DNA from: an uncultured cyanobacterium | Lineage (GTDB): Bacteria > Cyanobacteriota > Cyanobacteriia > Cyanobacteriales > Nostocaceae | DNA: 64,000 nt | Assembly: GCA_963740315.1 (NCBI GenBank) | Contig: CAVUDP010000002.1 | Location: 3,904,001 to 3,968,000 of the forward strand | Reading direction: 5' to 3' | In this document: positions 19,843 to 30,189 of the stretch, one piece after another | Position numbering within the stretch: the first letter of the stretch is position 1 | How the letters are laid out: each line of letters starts with the position of its first letter | The notes under the pieces: model-generated | Told to the model about the DNA's origin: nothing | What the model saw: the letters and a program-made list of their open reading frames with translations, nothing else | Databases searched by the model: none | Made by a program: the position numbers and the translations under genes

Positions 19843-20496
19843 ATGTACAGCAAAGAGAAATATACTTCGAGAAATGAGTTGTACGAAAAGGAGAAAATCA
19901 AAACTGCTGCTGCTAATATTTATTATTCAAGTGTCCTGACATTAGCCACAAATGTATGGACAAAAACAGATACTAGATTGAGCTTGTTTTTAGGGCTTAG
20001 TTTAATTTATTTAACTGTAAAAGAACCGCTGTTAATTTCAATTATCTTATCTCTAAGCTTATTCTTCTACTGTTTGCATAGGATAATTAAACTAATACCT
20101 TGGCTGAACAAAATAGTTAACGCTAAAATACATTTTTGGCATATAGCGGGTTTAATTATTGCATTAACTGCGACTCTAACGGTATTTGAATTGCCAGCAC
20201 ACGCAATTTTCTTAAGTGGATTAGAAGAATTTTTAGCAGGCATTGCTGAAGAAAGTTCTACGGGAGGAGCAAGCACAATCTCGCCAGAAGCAATAACTTT
20301 AGTATTTAACGCAATTCGTGGAGTTTTTCTGTTACTGGTAGGAGTTGCTGCATTATTTGCCTATAACCAAGCACAGCAAGGGAACGACTGGCGGCCAATC
20401 GCGACTCAAGCAGGTTTAGCGATTGGTATTATCCTCACGGTTGATGTTATTACTTTCCTATTTATTGGTGACGGAACTGCTGGAGGGGGAGGATAG
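19843..20496 (+). CDS. Pilin-like/VirB2-position membrane protein
   Basis: Multiple TM segments, PAHAIF motif; paralogue of 639..1220; two genes upstream of VirB4. Confidence 0.55.
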   Translation: MYSKEKYTSRNELYEKEKIKTAAANIYYSSVLTLATNVWTKTDTRLSLFLGLSLIYLTVKEPLLISIILSLSLFFYCLHRIIKLIPWLNKIVNAKIHFWHIAGLIIALTATLTVFELPAHAIFLSGLEEFLAGIAEESSTGGASTISPEAITLVFNAIRGVFLLLVGVAALFAYNQAQQGNDWRPIATQAGLAIGIILTVDVITFLFIGDGTAGGGG

Positions 20497-20529
20497 GAGT
20501 GAGGGAGTGAGGGAGTGAGAGAGGGAGTA

Positions 20530-20868
20530 ATGAATTGGGATAAAGAGCCGATTAAAGTAAATAAAATATTAGGCAAGCAAGCAGGATTCGGTCCCATTCC
20601 AGCTAATCAAATTTTGCCTTGGTTCGCAATTATCACCCTCTCCTACTTTATCTTCGATGGACTGCTCAGTTGGGGAATACCCAAGGTCGCAGTTATCAGT
20701 TTTTGGTTAATTTTAAGTTGGTGGTTCGTGACGGGAAAAGACCCGGATAAATACATTAATCGTTTTCGTAAACCCAAAGGCAGCAACTGGACTATTGGTG
20801 GTGCAATGTACGTATCTCCTCTGCTCTCTCGGAATATCAGAAAGCAACTCAAGAAACATAGACGGTAA
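20530..20868 (+). CDS. VirB3-position membrane protein
   Basis: Paralogue of 137..469; stop overlaps the VirB4 start (TAATG). Confidence 0.65.
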   Translation: MNWDKEPIKVNKILGKQAGFGPIPANQILPWFAIITLSYFIFDGLLSWGIPKVAVISFWLILSWWFVTGKDPDKYINRFRKPKGSNWTIGGAMYVSPLLSRNIRKQLKKHRR

Positions 20869-23741
20869 TGAAAGCTCATATCCAAACGATAAATTCTATC
20901 GACCAAAGTAACGAGAAATCGCAATACATCCCCTTTGAAAACGAACTCGACCTCTGCTGCATGGTTCGTATCGAACGGGATAATCGTAAAGTCGGAGCAT
21001 TTTTACTTAATCAAGGTGATATTAAAGACGAAAACCAATTCCAAGTAGTTTTTGCATTCCAAATCAAAGGTATCCACAACCAACTTTACCCAGAAGAAAT
21101 ATCATCGATATCAGCTTCTATCTCTGAAGCACTGAAATCTATTCTTCCAGGAGAAAAATGTACTTTTCTTCTAGGACGTTATTCAGATGACTCTGCAAGA
21201 CAACAATATCTTAATAGCCTTGCTGAAAACTGTTCGTTAAAATTACCAGCCATATTAACCCGTAACGAACAAGCAAGAGTACAAGAACTAACTCGCAAGG
21301 GAACACGGTCAACCTGGCAACAAATTGTATTCTGTACCTGGACTGTAGATAAATTTGGAGAAAATAAAACTGACCCTTTATCTAAATTAATTTACTATTC
21401 GGGGAAAGCAGGACGTTTTTTCTTAGATAACGTTACCGGACGTATATCACAAAGACAAGAACAGCTTCTGAATGTCTTATTGATGAAAGCCTATACTCAA
21501 GGGTTTATTCAATGGGAGATGCTTTTCAATACAAAAGCAGGATTAGAACTTTCTCCACTTGATGATACGCAATTATGGTCGTGGTTGTGGAACAGATTTA
21601 ATAAATACGAAGCACCACCTATTCCTCAGTTGCTAGTTATTGCTCCCGACAAAGATAGCGGTATTAAATTAACGGAAGTACAAAATTCTCTCAAACATTC
21701 TACAACTATCTTGATTTCTGGAGAAAAAGGTAGAAGTTCTTGTCCAGAACACCGTCAATGTACTAACCGCGTTTATGTTAAGGACAAAGTTTGTGGTGTT
21801 TTGACGATGACTGATACCGTAATCGCGTGGGTAAATGCAAAAGAACAAATTGCATGGATGTGGAAAGTTCTGAGTGAAAATCACGTCCGCGATACCGAAG
21901 CTTGGGTAGAAATTTCAGCAGCGAACCGATATCTAACCCAAGATAATTTACACCGTCAAGCTAAGCAAACTAAAGCTGCTAGAGAAAGAGCTTTATTTAA
22001 AGGAACTGGTAGAGATGTAGGTGCGGAAATTAAGCAGGAAGAAAGCTTTGATGCACAGAAGAAACTATATAAAGGTGCTGTTCCTCTTAACTGTGCGGTA
22101 GTATTCCTGGTGTACCGCGAGAATGCAGAAAGCTTAGACCTTGCGTGCAACTTACTCTGCAACAGTTTTGGAACAGCTAAAGTAGTTAGAGAAAGAAATA
22201 TCGCTTCTCAAATCTGGTTAGAAACTTTACCAATAACTTGGCGAAGGATATTACATTCGAGTTCAATTCTCAGCGAACGACGATTAGTTTTAGAAAGCGA
22301 AACAGTTGCTGGAATTTTACCGCTGACTCTACCTAAAAAGCTTGATGATAGGGGTGTAGAATTTCTAACTAATAGAGGTGGTAAACCCGTTTGTGTAGAC
22401 TTGTTCACTTATACCCAGCACGCATTAATTACGGGTAAAACTGGTTCTGGTAAATCAGTATTGCTGTGGCGATTTATGCTTGATGCTCTATCCCAAGGGA
22501 TACCTGTGGTTGGAATGGATATACCCGCAGCTGATGGAGAAAGTTCTTTTAAGACAGCTATTGAGTTATTGGGGGATGCTGGGGCTTACTTTGATTTATC
22601 CCGCGCTTCTAATAACCTAATGGAACCTCCAGATTTACGGGACTTTGACGCAGAAGAACGAGCTTCACGGATGAAATCATGGCGTTCGTTTATACGCAAT
22701 GCTTTGAGTGTCATCGTTATGGGACGTTTAGACGCTCCCCACTTGGCACAACGAGTAGATGCAATCTTGATGCAAGCACTGGATGTATTTTTGAGCGACC
22801 CTGACATCATTGAGCGTTATAATCTAGCGTTTTCTAAAGGTTGGAAATCATCCGAATGGCAGGATATACCAACATTAAAGGATTTTTCAAGATTCTGTTC
22901 CATTGCGCGACTGAATATACAAAAACCCGAAGCAATTGACCATCAAGCAATCAACCAAATCAACAGCCAAATTGCCGCACTACTGGTAAGTCCTTTAGGC
23001 ACAGCTATAGGTAAACCCAGCAGCTTTTCACCAGAACCGATGGTTAAATTCTATGCTTTAACAGGCTTAAGTAACGACCAAGATTCTTACACAATGGCTG
23101 TTGCAGCAAAGGCTGCTTGTTTAAGAGTAGCTCTTTCTCACCTTAAAAGTCTTTTTATTGGGGATGAGCTTTCTGTGCTGTTCCGCAAAGATGGCTTCAG
23201 CGCAATGATTGGGGAACTTTGTGCCACCGCACGAAAAGATGGATTAAGTATAGTTTTATCCAGCCAAGACCCAGATACAATCTGTCAATCCGCAGCAGCG
23301 GCAATGATTATGCAGAATATCAGTTACAGAATTACTGGTTGCATTACTTCAAATGCTGTTGCTTCATTTGAGAAGTACTTATCATATCCGGTTGAAATAA
23401 TTGCCCATAATGCTTCGGAATCATTCTTTCCTCGTCGTTCCGATTTGTATTCTTGCTGGTTAATCGAGAAAGGAGGACGCTTTTGGCAAACCAGATTTTA
23501 TCCAGGAGAAATGGCTTTAGCAGCTATAGCAACGAATCAAGAAGAACGCAGTACTCGTCGAGCAATTTTGTCCCAATACCCCAATACCACTAAAGGACAA
23601 TTACAAGGGTTAGCTGAATTTACCAGGGTTTATGTTTCATCTATCAAACAGAATAAAAGTTTATCGCATAGAAATGGAGAAGATAAAAATGTATCAGAAA
23701 AAGATAAAGTTGAAAACAGGGAAACGCCTACGCATACGTAG
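20868..23741 (+). CDS. virB4: VirB4-like conjugative transfer ATPase
   Basis: 957 aa; HALITGKTGSGKS Walker A; FIGDEL Walker B; ARKDGLSIVLSSQ. Confidence 0.85.
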   Translation: MKAHIQTINSIDQSNEKSQYIPFENELDLCCMVRIERDNRKVGAFLLNQGDIKDENQFQVVFAFQIKGIHNQLYPEEISSISASISEALKSILPGEKCTFLLGRYSDDSARQQYLNSLAENCSLKLPAILTRNEQARVQELTRKGTRSTWQQIVFCTWTVDKFGENKTDPLSKLIYYSGKAGRFFLDNVTGRISQRQEQLLNVLLMKAYTQGFIQWEMLFNTKAGLELSPLDDTQLWSWLWNRFNKYEAPPIPQLLVIAPDKDSGIKLTEVQNSLKHSTTILISGEKGRSSCPEHRQCTNRVYVKDKVCGVLTMTDTVIAWVNAKEQIAWMWKVLSENHVRDTEAWVEISAANRYLTQDNLHRQAKQTKAARERALFKGTGRDVGAEIKQEESFDAQKKLYKGAVPLNCAVVFLVYRENAESLDLACNLLCNSFGTAKVVRERNIASQIWLETLPITWRRILHSSSILSERRLVLESETVAGILPLTLPKKLDDRGVEFLTNRGGKPVCVDLFTYTQHALITGKTGSGKSVLLWRFMLDALSQGIPVVGMDIPAADGESSFKTAIELLGDAGAYFDLSRASNNLMEPPDLRDFDAEERASRMKSWRSFIRNALSVIVMGRLDAPHLAQRVDAILMQALDVFLSDPDIIERYNLAFSKGWKSSEWQDIPTLKDFSRFCSIARLNIQKPEAIDHQAINQINSQIAALLVSPLGTAIGKPSSFSPEPMVKFYALTGLSNDQDSYTMAVAAKAACLRVALSHLKSLFIGDELSVLFRKDGFSAMIGELCATARKDGLSIVLSSQDPDTICQSAAAAMIMQNISYRITGCITSNAVASFEKYLSYPVEIIAHNASESFFPRRSDLYSCWLIEKGGRFWQTRFYPGEMALAAIATNQEERSTRRAILSQYPNTTKGQLQGLAEFTRVYVSSIKQNKSLSHRNGEDKNVSEKDKVENRETPTHT

Positions 23742-24618
23742 ATTTCCAGGTAAGAGTAGAGAAGGTAGAAAGCATAAAGCAGAAGCTAAAAACAAAATAA
23801 CTAACTGCTTACGTTTTGTACCCTCTAACTTTTATCTTATTGTTAAAAGTGTTTCAATAATTGGAATAACAGTTGCAAGCTTGAATTTAATTGCAATCAA
23901 CTCTTCGTTTGCAGCAACCTCAGATGTCTCAGACAACCAAAAAGCTACTCAAATAGAACGTTCAACATTTAACAGAAACTCATCAAATGAAATCCAAGGA
24001 TTTATTAATGATGTACGTTCCTTTGTTCGCGGTGATTTCTTCGGTAATATTAAGCAACTTGTTCAAAATTCAATTGGTTCGGTTGATATCCCCGATTTGG
24101 GTGAAGTTGTAAGCGAAATTATGAGAGGTTCGCTCCCTGGAGATGGTGTTACGTCAAACAGATTAGAGAATAATCTTCCTAATTCCTATGCCATTCGTCA
24201 AGATTTAGCGAATCAAAGTGAAAGAGTAGGAGCAATTGAAGTAGCGCAGAATAAAACTATGAGCAAAAATGCTCAACAACAGTCCCTTAAAACTCTTGAA
24301 TTAAGCGCTAATTCTGAAATTGAATCAAGTCAAATGTCAGATGATTCTCAAAATACTGACACTTCACAGCAAATTCTTCAGAACATCTCACAGCAGCTAA
24401 AAAATAATACGACTATCTCCAATTTGCTGTTAAAAGAAGCGAATCAAGCACGACAAGATAAAGCCTTGGGGTTAACTCTGACCGCTCAAGCTGCACAAGA
24501 ATTAAATGCTGCAAATACTAGAGAAAGACAAAGTGCGATCGCCACTGGGAATCGTGCTGTATCTCAGGGTTCTTTGTTGATGATGCCTGGTGCTTCTATT
24601 CTTGGTCAGCCAAATTAA
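23632..24618 (+). CDS. Exported T4SS component (VirB5/TrbJ-like position); start uncertain
   Basis: Signal-like hydrophobic stretch ending SSFAA, then Q/N/S-rich helical region; lies between VirB4 and the VirB6-like gene. Confidence 0.5.
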   Translation: MFHLSNRIKVYRIEMEKIKMYQKKIKLKTGKRLRIRRFPGKSREGRKHKAEAKNKITNCLRFVPSNFYLIVKSVSIIGITVASLNLIAINSSFAATSDVSDNQKATQIERSTFNRNSSNEIQGFINDVRSFVRGDFFGNIKQLVQNSIGSVDIPDLGEVVSEIMRGSLPGDGVTSNRLENNLPNSYAIRQDLANQSERVGAIEVAQNKTMSKNAQQQSLKTLELSANSEIESSQMSDDSQNTDTSQQILQNISQQLKNNTTISNLLLKEANQARQDKALGLTLTAQAAQELNAANTRERQSAIATGNRAVSQGSLLMMPGASILGQPN

Positions 24619-24636
24619 TAAAATAGTATCTTAGAC

Positions 24637-25725
24637 ATGTCTCTCCCCATCTTCGTAATTCAAATACCATCTGACAATTATTCCGACTCGGCTGTTGGCA
24701 TCAGTTTAGTAAGAAGCAGTATCGAACTGAGTCAACAAACCGTTGAATCTTGGAATAAAGTTTGGGGAGACGTAATTAACCCTTCGGGTGCATTATGGGC
24801 TGGTTTATGTAATCTGGGTACGACACTTGCAGCTTTGAGCATTATTTTACTTGCTATAAAGATGGCTGCCGATTATCAAGAAAAGCGGTTTTTATGGTCG
24901 GAATTAGCTGCATCTGTAATCTACCCTTTGGTTATTGCTCTTTTTTTAGGAAGTAACGGGTATTTACTTTCCCAAACTGTACTTATCATCAGAAATATTG
25001 GTCATCAGCAAGTTGTTAGCGTTCTTGATATTCAACTCGCCGATACAACTTTTAAAAGTGCAATCTCTAACGTTACTTTGACCCAAAATGTCAAAACTCA
25101 AGTGTCTACAATTTATGCAGAATGTCAGGGGAAGACTGGTAAACCTCTAACAGATTGTCTTCAAGAAAAAAGACCGATAATAGAAGAAATTCTCGAAACA
25201 GCAGAACAACAAAACAACGCACCATTAGAGCAAGCACGACAAACTGTTGCAGAATTGAAGGATTTTGTACAAAATCCTGGGACAGTTTTTAATGCTTCTA
25301 TTTCTTTAATACTAATTACATTTCTCTATGCCCTTCAATGGGCATTTGTCAATATTTTAGAAGCAGCACTAATGATGACGGCAACATTTGCACCTATTGC
25401 TTTAGGATTAAGTTTATTACCTTTAGGTTCAAAACCGATATGGGCTTGGGCTAGCGGTTTTATATCTTTGTTTGGAGTACAGTTAGGCTACAACATTATA
25501 GTTGGTTTAGCCGCAACAGTAATCGTTTCTGCTGGGGCACAAAGTGCTTCCGATTTAGCATTTTTAGCATTTATTAGTATCTTTGCTCCTGCGCTTGCTC
25601 TGTTAATTGCTGGTGGTGGGGGAATTGCACTTTATACAGGTATTAATAGTAGAGTTCCGGCGCTTGTAAATGCTGCTTTTGACGGAGTAGTTGCTGTTGC
25701 TACTGGCTTTGTCGGGAAGGTATAA
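24637..25725 (+). CDS. VirB6/TrbL-like polytopic membrane protein
   Basis: Multiple TM helices, APIALGLSLLP and W..W motifs; operon position. Confidence 0.7.
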   Translation: MSLPIFVIQIPSDNYSDSAVGISLVRSSIELSQQTVESWNKVWGDVINPSGALWAGLCNLGTTLAALSIILLAIKMAADYQEKRFLWSELAASVIYPLVIALFLGSNGYLLSQTVLIIRNIGHQQVVSVLDIQLADTTFKSAISNVTLTQNVKTQVSTIYAECQGKTGKPLTDCLQEKRPIIEEILETAEQQNNAPLEQARQTVAELKDFVQNPGTVFNASISLILITFLYALQWAFVNILEAALMMTATFAPIALGLSLLPLGSKPIWAWASGFISLFGVQLGYNIIVGLAATVIVSAGAQSASDLAFLAFISIFAPALALLIAGGGGIALYTGINSRVPALVNAAFDGVVAVATGFVGKV

Positions 25726-25728
25726 CTG

Positions 25729-26484
25729 ATGTTAAAAAGTTTAAGGCAAGTTCGACGACCTAAATTATTAATCGATTCCAAAGACATACTTCCCTTATGC
25801 TTTATCGGGCTGACAACATTTAGCTTGATAAGCTTTTTATTTCTATTGTTTTTAAGCTTTAAAGTTAATCAACTTGCTGCAAGAAAAACAACGTTTGTGC
25901 AATTAGTTAACGGTCGCGCTTTGGTTATTTCGGAACAACACTATTTATATCGTCACCCAGAAGTTGTAAAAAATACTGTCAGACAGTGGGCAAATTTAAC
26001 TTTTAATTGGGATGGTGTTATTCCGGGTACCAAAGAGTTAGATAAAGGAAGAAATTTAGGTAAAGGTAAACGTGTTACTACAAATGCTTATATTGCTTCG
26101 TTTTTAATTCAATCGGGTAAAAAAGGGTTTCGTAATGCTGTACTTGAAGAACTTGCTGACATTACACCTGCTCGCGTATTCAACGGTCAAGTTCGTTCCA
26201 AAATCATTATTTCCTATTTATCCGCTCCCAGACAAGTAAAAATGGGTGAATGGGAAATAGATATGGTCGCAACAAGAGTATTAGTAAACTTACCTGGTGG
26301 TGCGGATGAAGAAATAAATTTCAACCGCACTTTTAGATTAAAAGCGGTGGATATTCCTTCTCCACAATCGAATGATAGTTCTGCATTAGAACAGCAATTA
26401 TACGAGATAAGAAGTGCAGGCTTGGAAATAGTTAAGATTTCTGAGTTTACGGGAGGGGTAAGGAGTGAGGGAGGGAGAGAGTGA
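25729..26484 (+). CDS. VirB8-like bitopic T4SS protein
   Basis: Single N-terminal TM followed by an NTF2-sized domain (FNWDG, W.IDMVATR); operon position. Confidence 0.55.
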   Translation: MLKSLRQVRRPKLLIDSKDILPLCFIGLTTFSLISFLFLLFLSFKVNQLAARKTTFVQLVNGRALVISEQHYLYRHPEVVKNTVRQWANLTFNWDGVIPGTKELDKGRNLGKGKRVTTNAYIASFLIQSGKKGFRNAVLEELADITPARVFNGQVRSKIIISYLSAPRQVKMGEWEIDMVATRVLVNLPGGADEEINFNRTFRLKAVDIPSPQSNDSSALEQQLYEIRSAGLEIVKISEFTGGVRSEGGRE

Positions 26485-26523
26485 GAGAGCGAGGGAAGAG
26501 AACATAATAAATAGTAATTTTAT

Positions 26524-28259
26524 ATGAACAATAATCAAGAAAACCATCAAAATGAACTACTTGATGATGAATTAACTCCGGAAGAGGAATTGGAAATATC
26601 GGGATATCAGCCCGAACAAGTTGCTTTAATTGACCAAGAGTTTTTAATTGAGCAAGATAACGAACAAGCAAACCGCAATCGGGAAGCGAAAATCCTTTAG
26701 TCAGATTTGCGATCGCGTCTGCGGTAGTCGGTGGTGTTATGGGGTTTGGTTGGATGATTTGGTCAATCTTCTTTTCTCCTAAACCAGTTGTTAAAGCTCC
26801 AACACCAAAACCAACATCAAAAGCCTTTGAAAATGAAGAAAGCTCGGAAGCAGCACGTCTCAAAGCTGAATTAGCACTGCGGAACCAAGCAAGTCGGAAT
26901 GTCGAACAACCTCCCGTACAAACTCCACCTTCACCAAAACCAAAGCCTAGTAAACCCGTAAGAACAGCTCGCAAACCAAAACCCCCGAAACCCAGAATCA
27001 TCCGAGAAAAAGTCCCATCACCACCCAGAATCATTCGAGAAACAGTGCCATCACCACCCAGAATCATTCGAGAAACAGTGCCATCACCACCCAGAATCAT
27101 TCGAGAAACAGTACCATCACCACCAAGAATTATTCGAGAAAAAGTACCAAATAACGTTCAACTAAAGAATACAGTTGCTAAAACTTCTCCCGTTCCTTCT
27201 CCGACTAAAATTGAAAAAATAGACCCCTTTGAACGTTGGAATAAGCTAGCTATATTAGGACAACAAACAACATCACAACGTAATAATTTTTCAAGCAATA
27301 ATCAATCATTTGAACAAGCACAATCGTTACCACATAAATCTGAATCAAAAAGAGAAAATGTTATTTCAAAAAGCGATTATCCATCTGCAAATACCGAAAA
27401 TAATTCATCTGAGATTGTTTTTGCTAACGCTTCCAATAGAGTGAAAGAACCTCAAACATCCACTATGTCAACAGTAAAAACCAATCGTAGTAACCAGTTA
27501 GATAGAAGCCCTTATAAAAATCCAACACCAGGGGAGTTAGGTATTTTAAATCGAACTCCTCCTAATTTGCAACAAGAAACTATTACTGCTTCCAATTCCC
27601 CAATTCAAGTTCAAATTGGAACAAGTGCAGAAGCATCTGTTTTAGTGCCAATAGTTTGGAATGAGGAAGATAATAATCAAGAACGCTTTGCTGTTGAACT
27701 ACAAGAAGACGTTTTATCTATAGATAAACGTGTAGCATTAGCAAAGGGAACTATTTTAATTACAGAAATACATTCAGTTTCTAAAATAAATAGACTTGTT
27801 AAACAAAGCGTTGTTGCAGTTGTTTATAAAGATTCTGCTGGTAGAATTCAACAAAAAACGATACCGAAAAACACAATTTTAATTCGAGGAAAAAACAATA
27901 AACCTTTACTTGCAAAATCTATCTCCGATAAAGGTAAAGCCATTGCTCAACAAGATATTTTAATCGGATTGTTAGGAGCAGCAGGTCGCGCTGGGGAGGT
28001 ATTTAATCAAAATCAAAGCCAATCTTCGACGGTCATTTCTAATAATAGTTTTAGTAGTCAGACATTTAACACCAAGGCTAGAAAACCAAATCTTTTAGCC
28101 GCAGTTGTAGAAGGATTTTTCAAACCCATGTCACAACGATTAAGTCAACGTGCCAATAAAGCTTCCAACGAAATTATGAATCGTCCCGATGTTGCAGTTG
28201 TACCTGCGGGGACGAAGGTTTCGGTTGTTTTTAGTAACTTCTTTGAAGTCAGAGAGTGA
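26524..28259 (+). CDS. VirB10/TrbI-like protein; acidic N-terminus (ATG 26524) is out of frame with the rest near 26680
   Basis: TM, Pro-rich linker, LAKGTILI and VPAGTKVSV TrbI-like motifs. The upstream frame MNNNQENHQ...REAKIL* needs a -1 shift to join SENPLVRFAIA. Confidence 0.7.
26991..27150 (+). repeat. Five 33-bp coding tandem repeats (PRIIRE[T/K]VPSP)
   Basis: CCCAGAATCATTCGAGAAACAGTGCCATCACCA units. Confidence 0.9.
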
Positions 28260-28363
28260 GGGAGTGAGAGAGTGAGAGAGGGAGGGAATATTTTGTAGCA
28301 CATAAAATATGCACGCTCATTTAGCCTTTCATGTAATTAAAAATAAGACATTTTGAACGCCCA

Positions 28364-29191
28364 ATGCACAAAAATATCATAATATTCTTCGGATTTGAGC
28401 TTAAACCAATAATGATGAAAAATGTATTATTACCTAAATTAATCAATCAATTTCTCTATACTTCTCTCGCTCTCTCACTCCCTCTCTCCCTCACTCTTTC
28501 CCTCGCTCCATCCTATGCCGAATCAGCGATATTAACAGTCAATACGAACCAAGCTAGAGGTTTAGACTCGAAAGCTATTGATGTAAAAGTTTGGACTGGT
28601 CGAGCAACTGCGATTGATTTTTTAAAAGTTAACGAACGTATTACTCAAATTTTTCTAGCAGACCCGACTCACTTTACTTACGCGACCGATACACCTTTAG
28701 ATAGCGGTCAAGCCACAACTATCTTCTTACGTAAAATACAGCCGCTAAAATTTCCTAATTTAACGACAACAAATATTACAAATCTATTTGTTAAGACTAA
28801 AACTACTGATGGTAAAGCAAATCTGTACACTTTTAACCTACTTCATAGTGATAGCTCACCTGCTTACAGTGGCTTAAGCCTATCTAATCAAACTCCATTA
28901 CCTGATGGAAGGGAACCTACTTTAGAAGTTGGAACATTCAGGAAAGCAACAATTAAAGATATTGAAAATGGTTTAGTTTCTGCTATTCGTAAGGGTTATA
29001 CTCCACCATCTGACCCAGTTGTTACTAAAGTTAGAGAATTTATTGCATTGGCTCGAAATACTTCAGATAAATCGTTGGTTGAAATTGCTCAAAATACAAA
29101 AGTTAGTTTACCTTTATTAACTGAATTAGGATTATTAGGAATTGAAGATAGTTTAAAACAACCTTTACCCAAAAAACCGGAAGCCAAGTAA
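28364..29191 (+). CDS. Exported T4SS component (VirB9-like position)
   Basis: Signal peptide ending SYA; beta-rich (IDF...ITQIFLADP); follows VirB10-like gene. Confidence 0.5.
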   Translation: MHKNIIIFFGFELKPIMMKNVLLPKLINQFLYTSLALSLPLSLTLSLAPSYAESAILTVNTNQARGLDSKAIDVKVWTGRATAIDFLKVNERITQIFLADPTHFTYATDTPLDSGQATTIFLRKIQPLKFPNLTTTNITNLFVKTKTTDGKANLYTFNLLHSDSSPAYSGLSLSNQTPLPDGREPTLEVGTFRKATIKDIENGLVSAIRKGYTPPSDPVVTKVREFIALARNTSDKSLVEIAQNTKVSLPLLTELGLLGIEDSLKQPLPKKPEAK

Positions 29192-29201
29192 ATTAATAGG
29201 A

Positions 29202-30116
29202 GTGAATCAGTATTATCCTGCCATCTTTTATCCGCGCTTAATACTCAAATTTTTGGCACAGAACCCAACACCAAATTCTAAGCGACATTTTGATAAAATT
29301 GATAGTAAGAAAATAAATTTACCGAACAAAGTAACGCATCACAACAGCTATGTTTTCAACAAAATATTTTATACATTGATTTGTCTAAATTTTTGTAGTT
29401 TTACTTATCTTTATTTCCTTGGTTTATATCCGCTTTGGCTAATTTTCATTATTTGGGCTTCTATTAACTTAGGGTGCTTATGTTTAATATCAAGCTTACC
29501 TAAACAACCAACGAGGAAAAATATTCCTAGTCATCTTGAGTTCAATACCAAAAAAGAAAATAAAGTAGTAATACGTCTACCGAAGCGTGAAGCAAAACTA
29601 CATCGTTGGCTGAATGGAAAAGTATTACAACCACTAGGTAAGAGTGATGCTCAGAGTGGTGTTTCTGAAAAAACTTTTTATCAAATTACTAAGCGCTTCT
29701 TTCCAAATATCGTTCAAGGAGTAGCATTTCATAATCCAAAATTTCGCCATCCTTACTCAGCAGATTTCTTAATAGTACATACAAGCGGTTTAAGCATCGA
29801 TATAGAAATTGACGAACCTTATGTAGGTAATACTAAAGAACCACATCATTGTATTGACCAAAGAAAAGATAATATTAGAAATAAATTTTTTAATAACAAT
29901 AATTGGGTGGTTATTCGCTTTAGTGAAAAGCAAGCTGTTAAATATCCTTATGGTTGTTGCAAAGTGATAGCTCAAGTTATTGCTAGAGTTTCAGGTGATT
30001 TTACTTTCTTGAATCAGTTAAATAATGTACCATCATTACCACCCGAACCCATGTGGACTATTAAGCAAGCGAAGAAGTGGGCTAGTGTTAATTACCGAAG
30101 AACTTATTTACCGTGA
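29202..30116 (+). CDS. Membrane-anchored PD-(D/E)XK (DUF559/Vsr-like) nuclease-domain protein
   Basis: Two TM segments; YSADF, IDIEIDEP, D.R..FF...NWVVIRFSEKQ. Confidence 0.7.
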   Translation: MNQYYPAIFYPRLILKFLAQNPTPNSKRHFDKIDSKKINLPNKVTHHNSYVFNKIFYTLICLNFCSFTYLYFLGLYPLWLIFIIWASINLGCLCLISSLPKQPTRKNIPSHLEFNTKKENKVVIRLPKREAKLHRWLNGKVLQPLGKSDAQSGVSEKTFYQITKRFFPNIVQGVAFHNPKFRHPYSADFLIVHTSGLSIDIEIDEPYVGNTKEPHHCIDQRKDNIRNKFFNNNNWVVIRFSEKQAVKYPYGCCKVIAQVIARVSGDFTFLNQLNNVPSLPPEPMWTIKQAKKWASVNYRRTYLP

Positions 30117-30189
30117 AAGAGGAGTGAGGGAGTGAGAGAGGGAGAGAGTGAGGGAAATTGATACAAGAATATTATGAAGGCACTAAATA

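Noticed and set aside
26447..27100. 217-aa minus-strand ORF with MILGGDGTVSR repeats
   Set aside because: Antisense to the VirB10-like gene and its 33-bp repeats.
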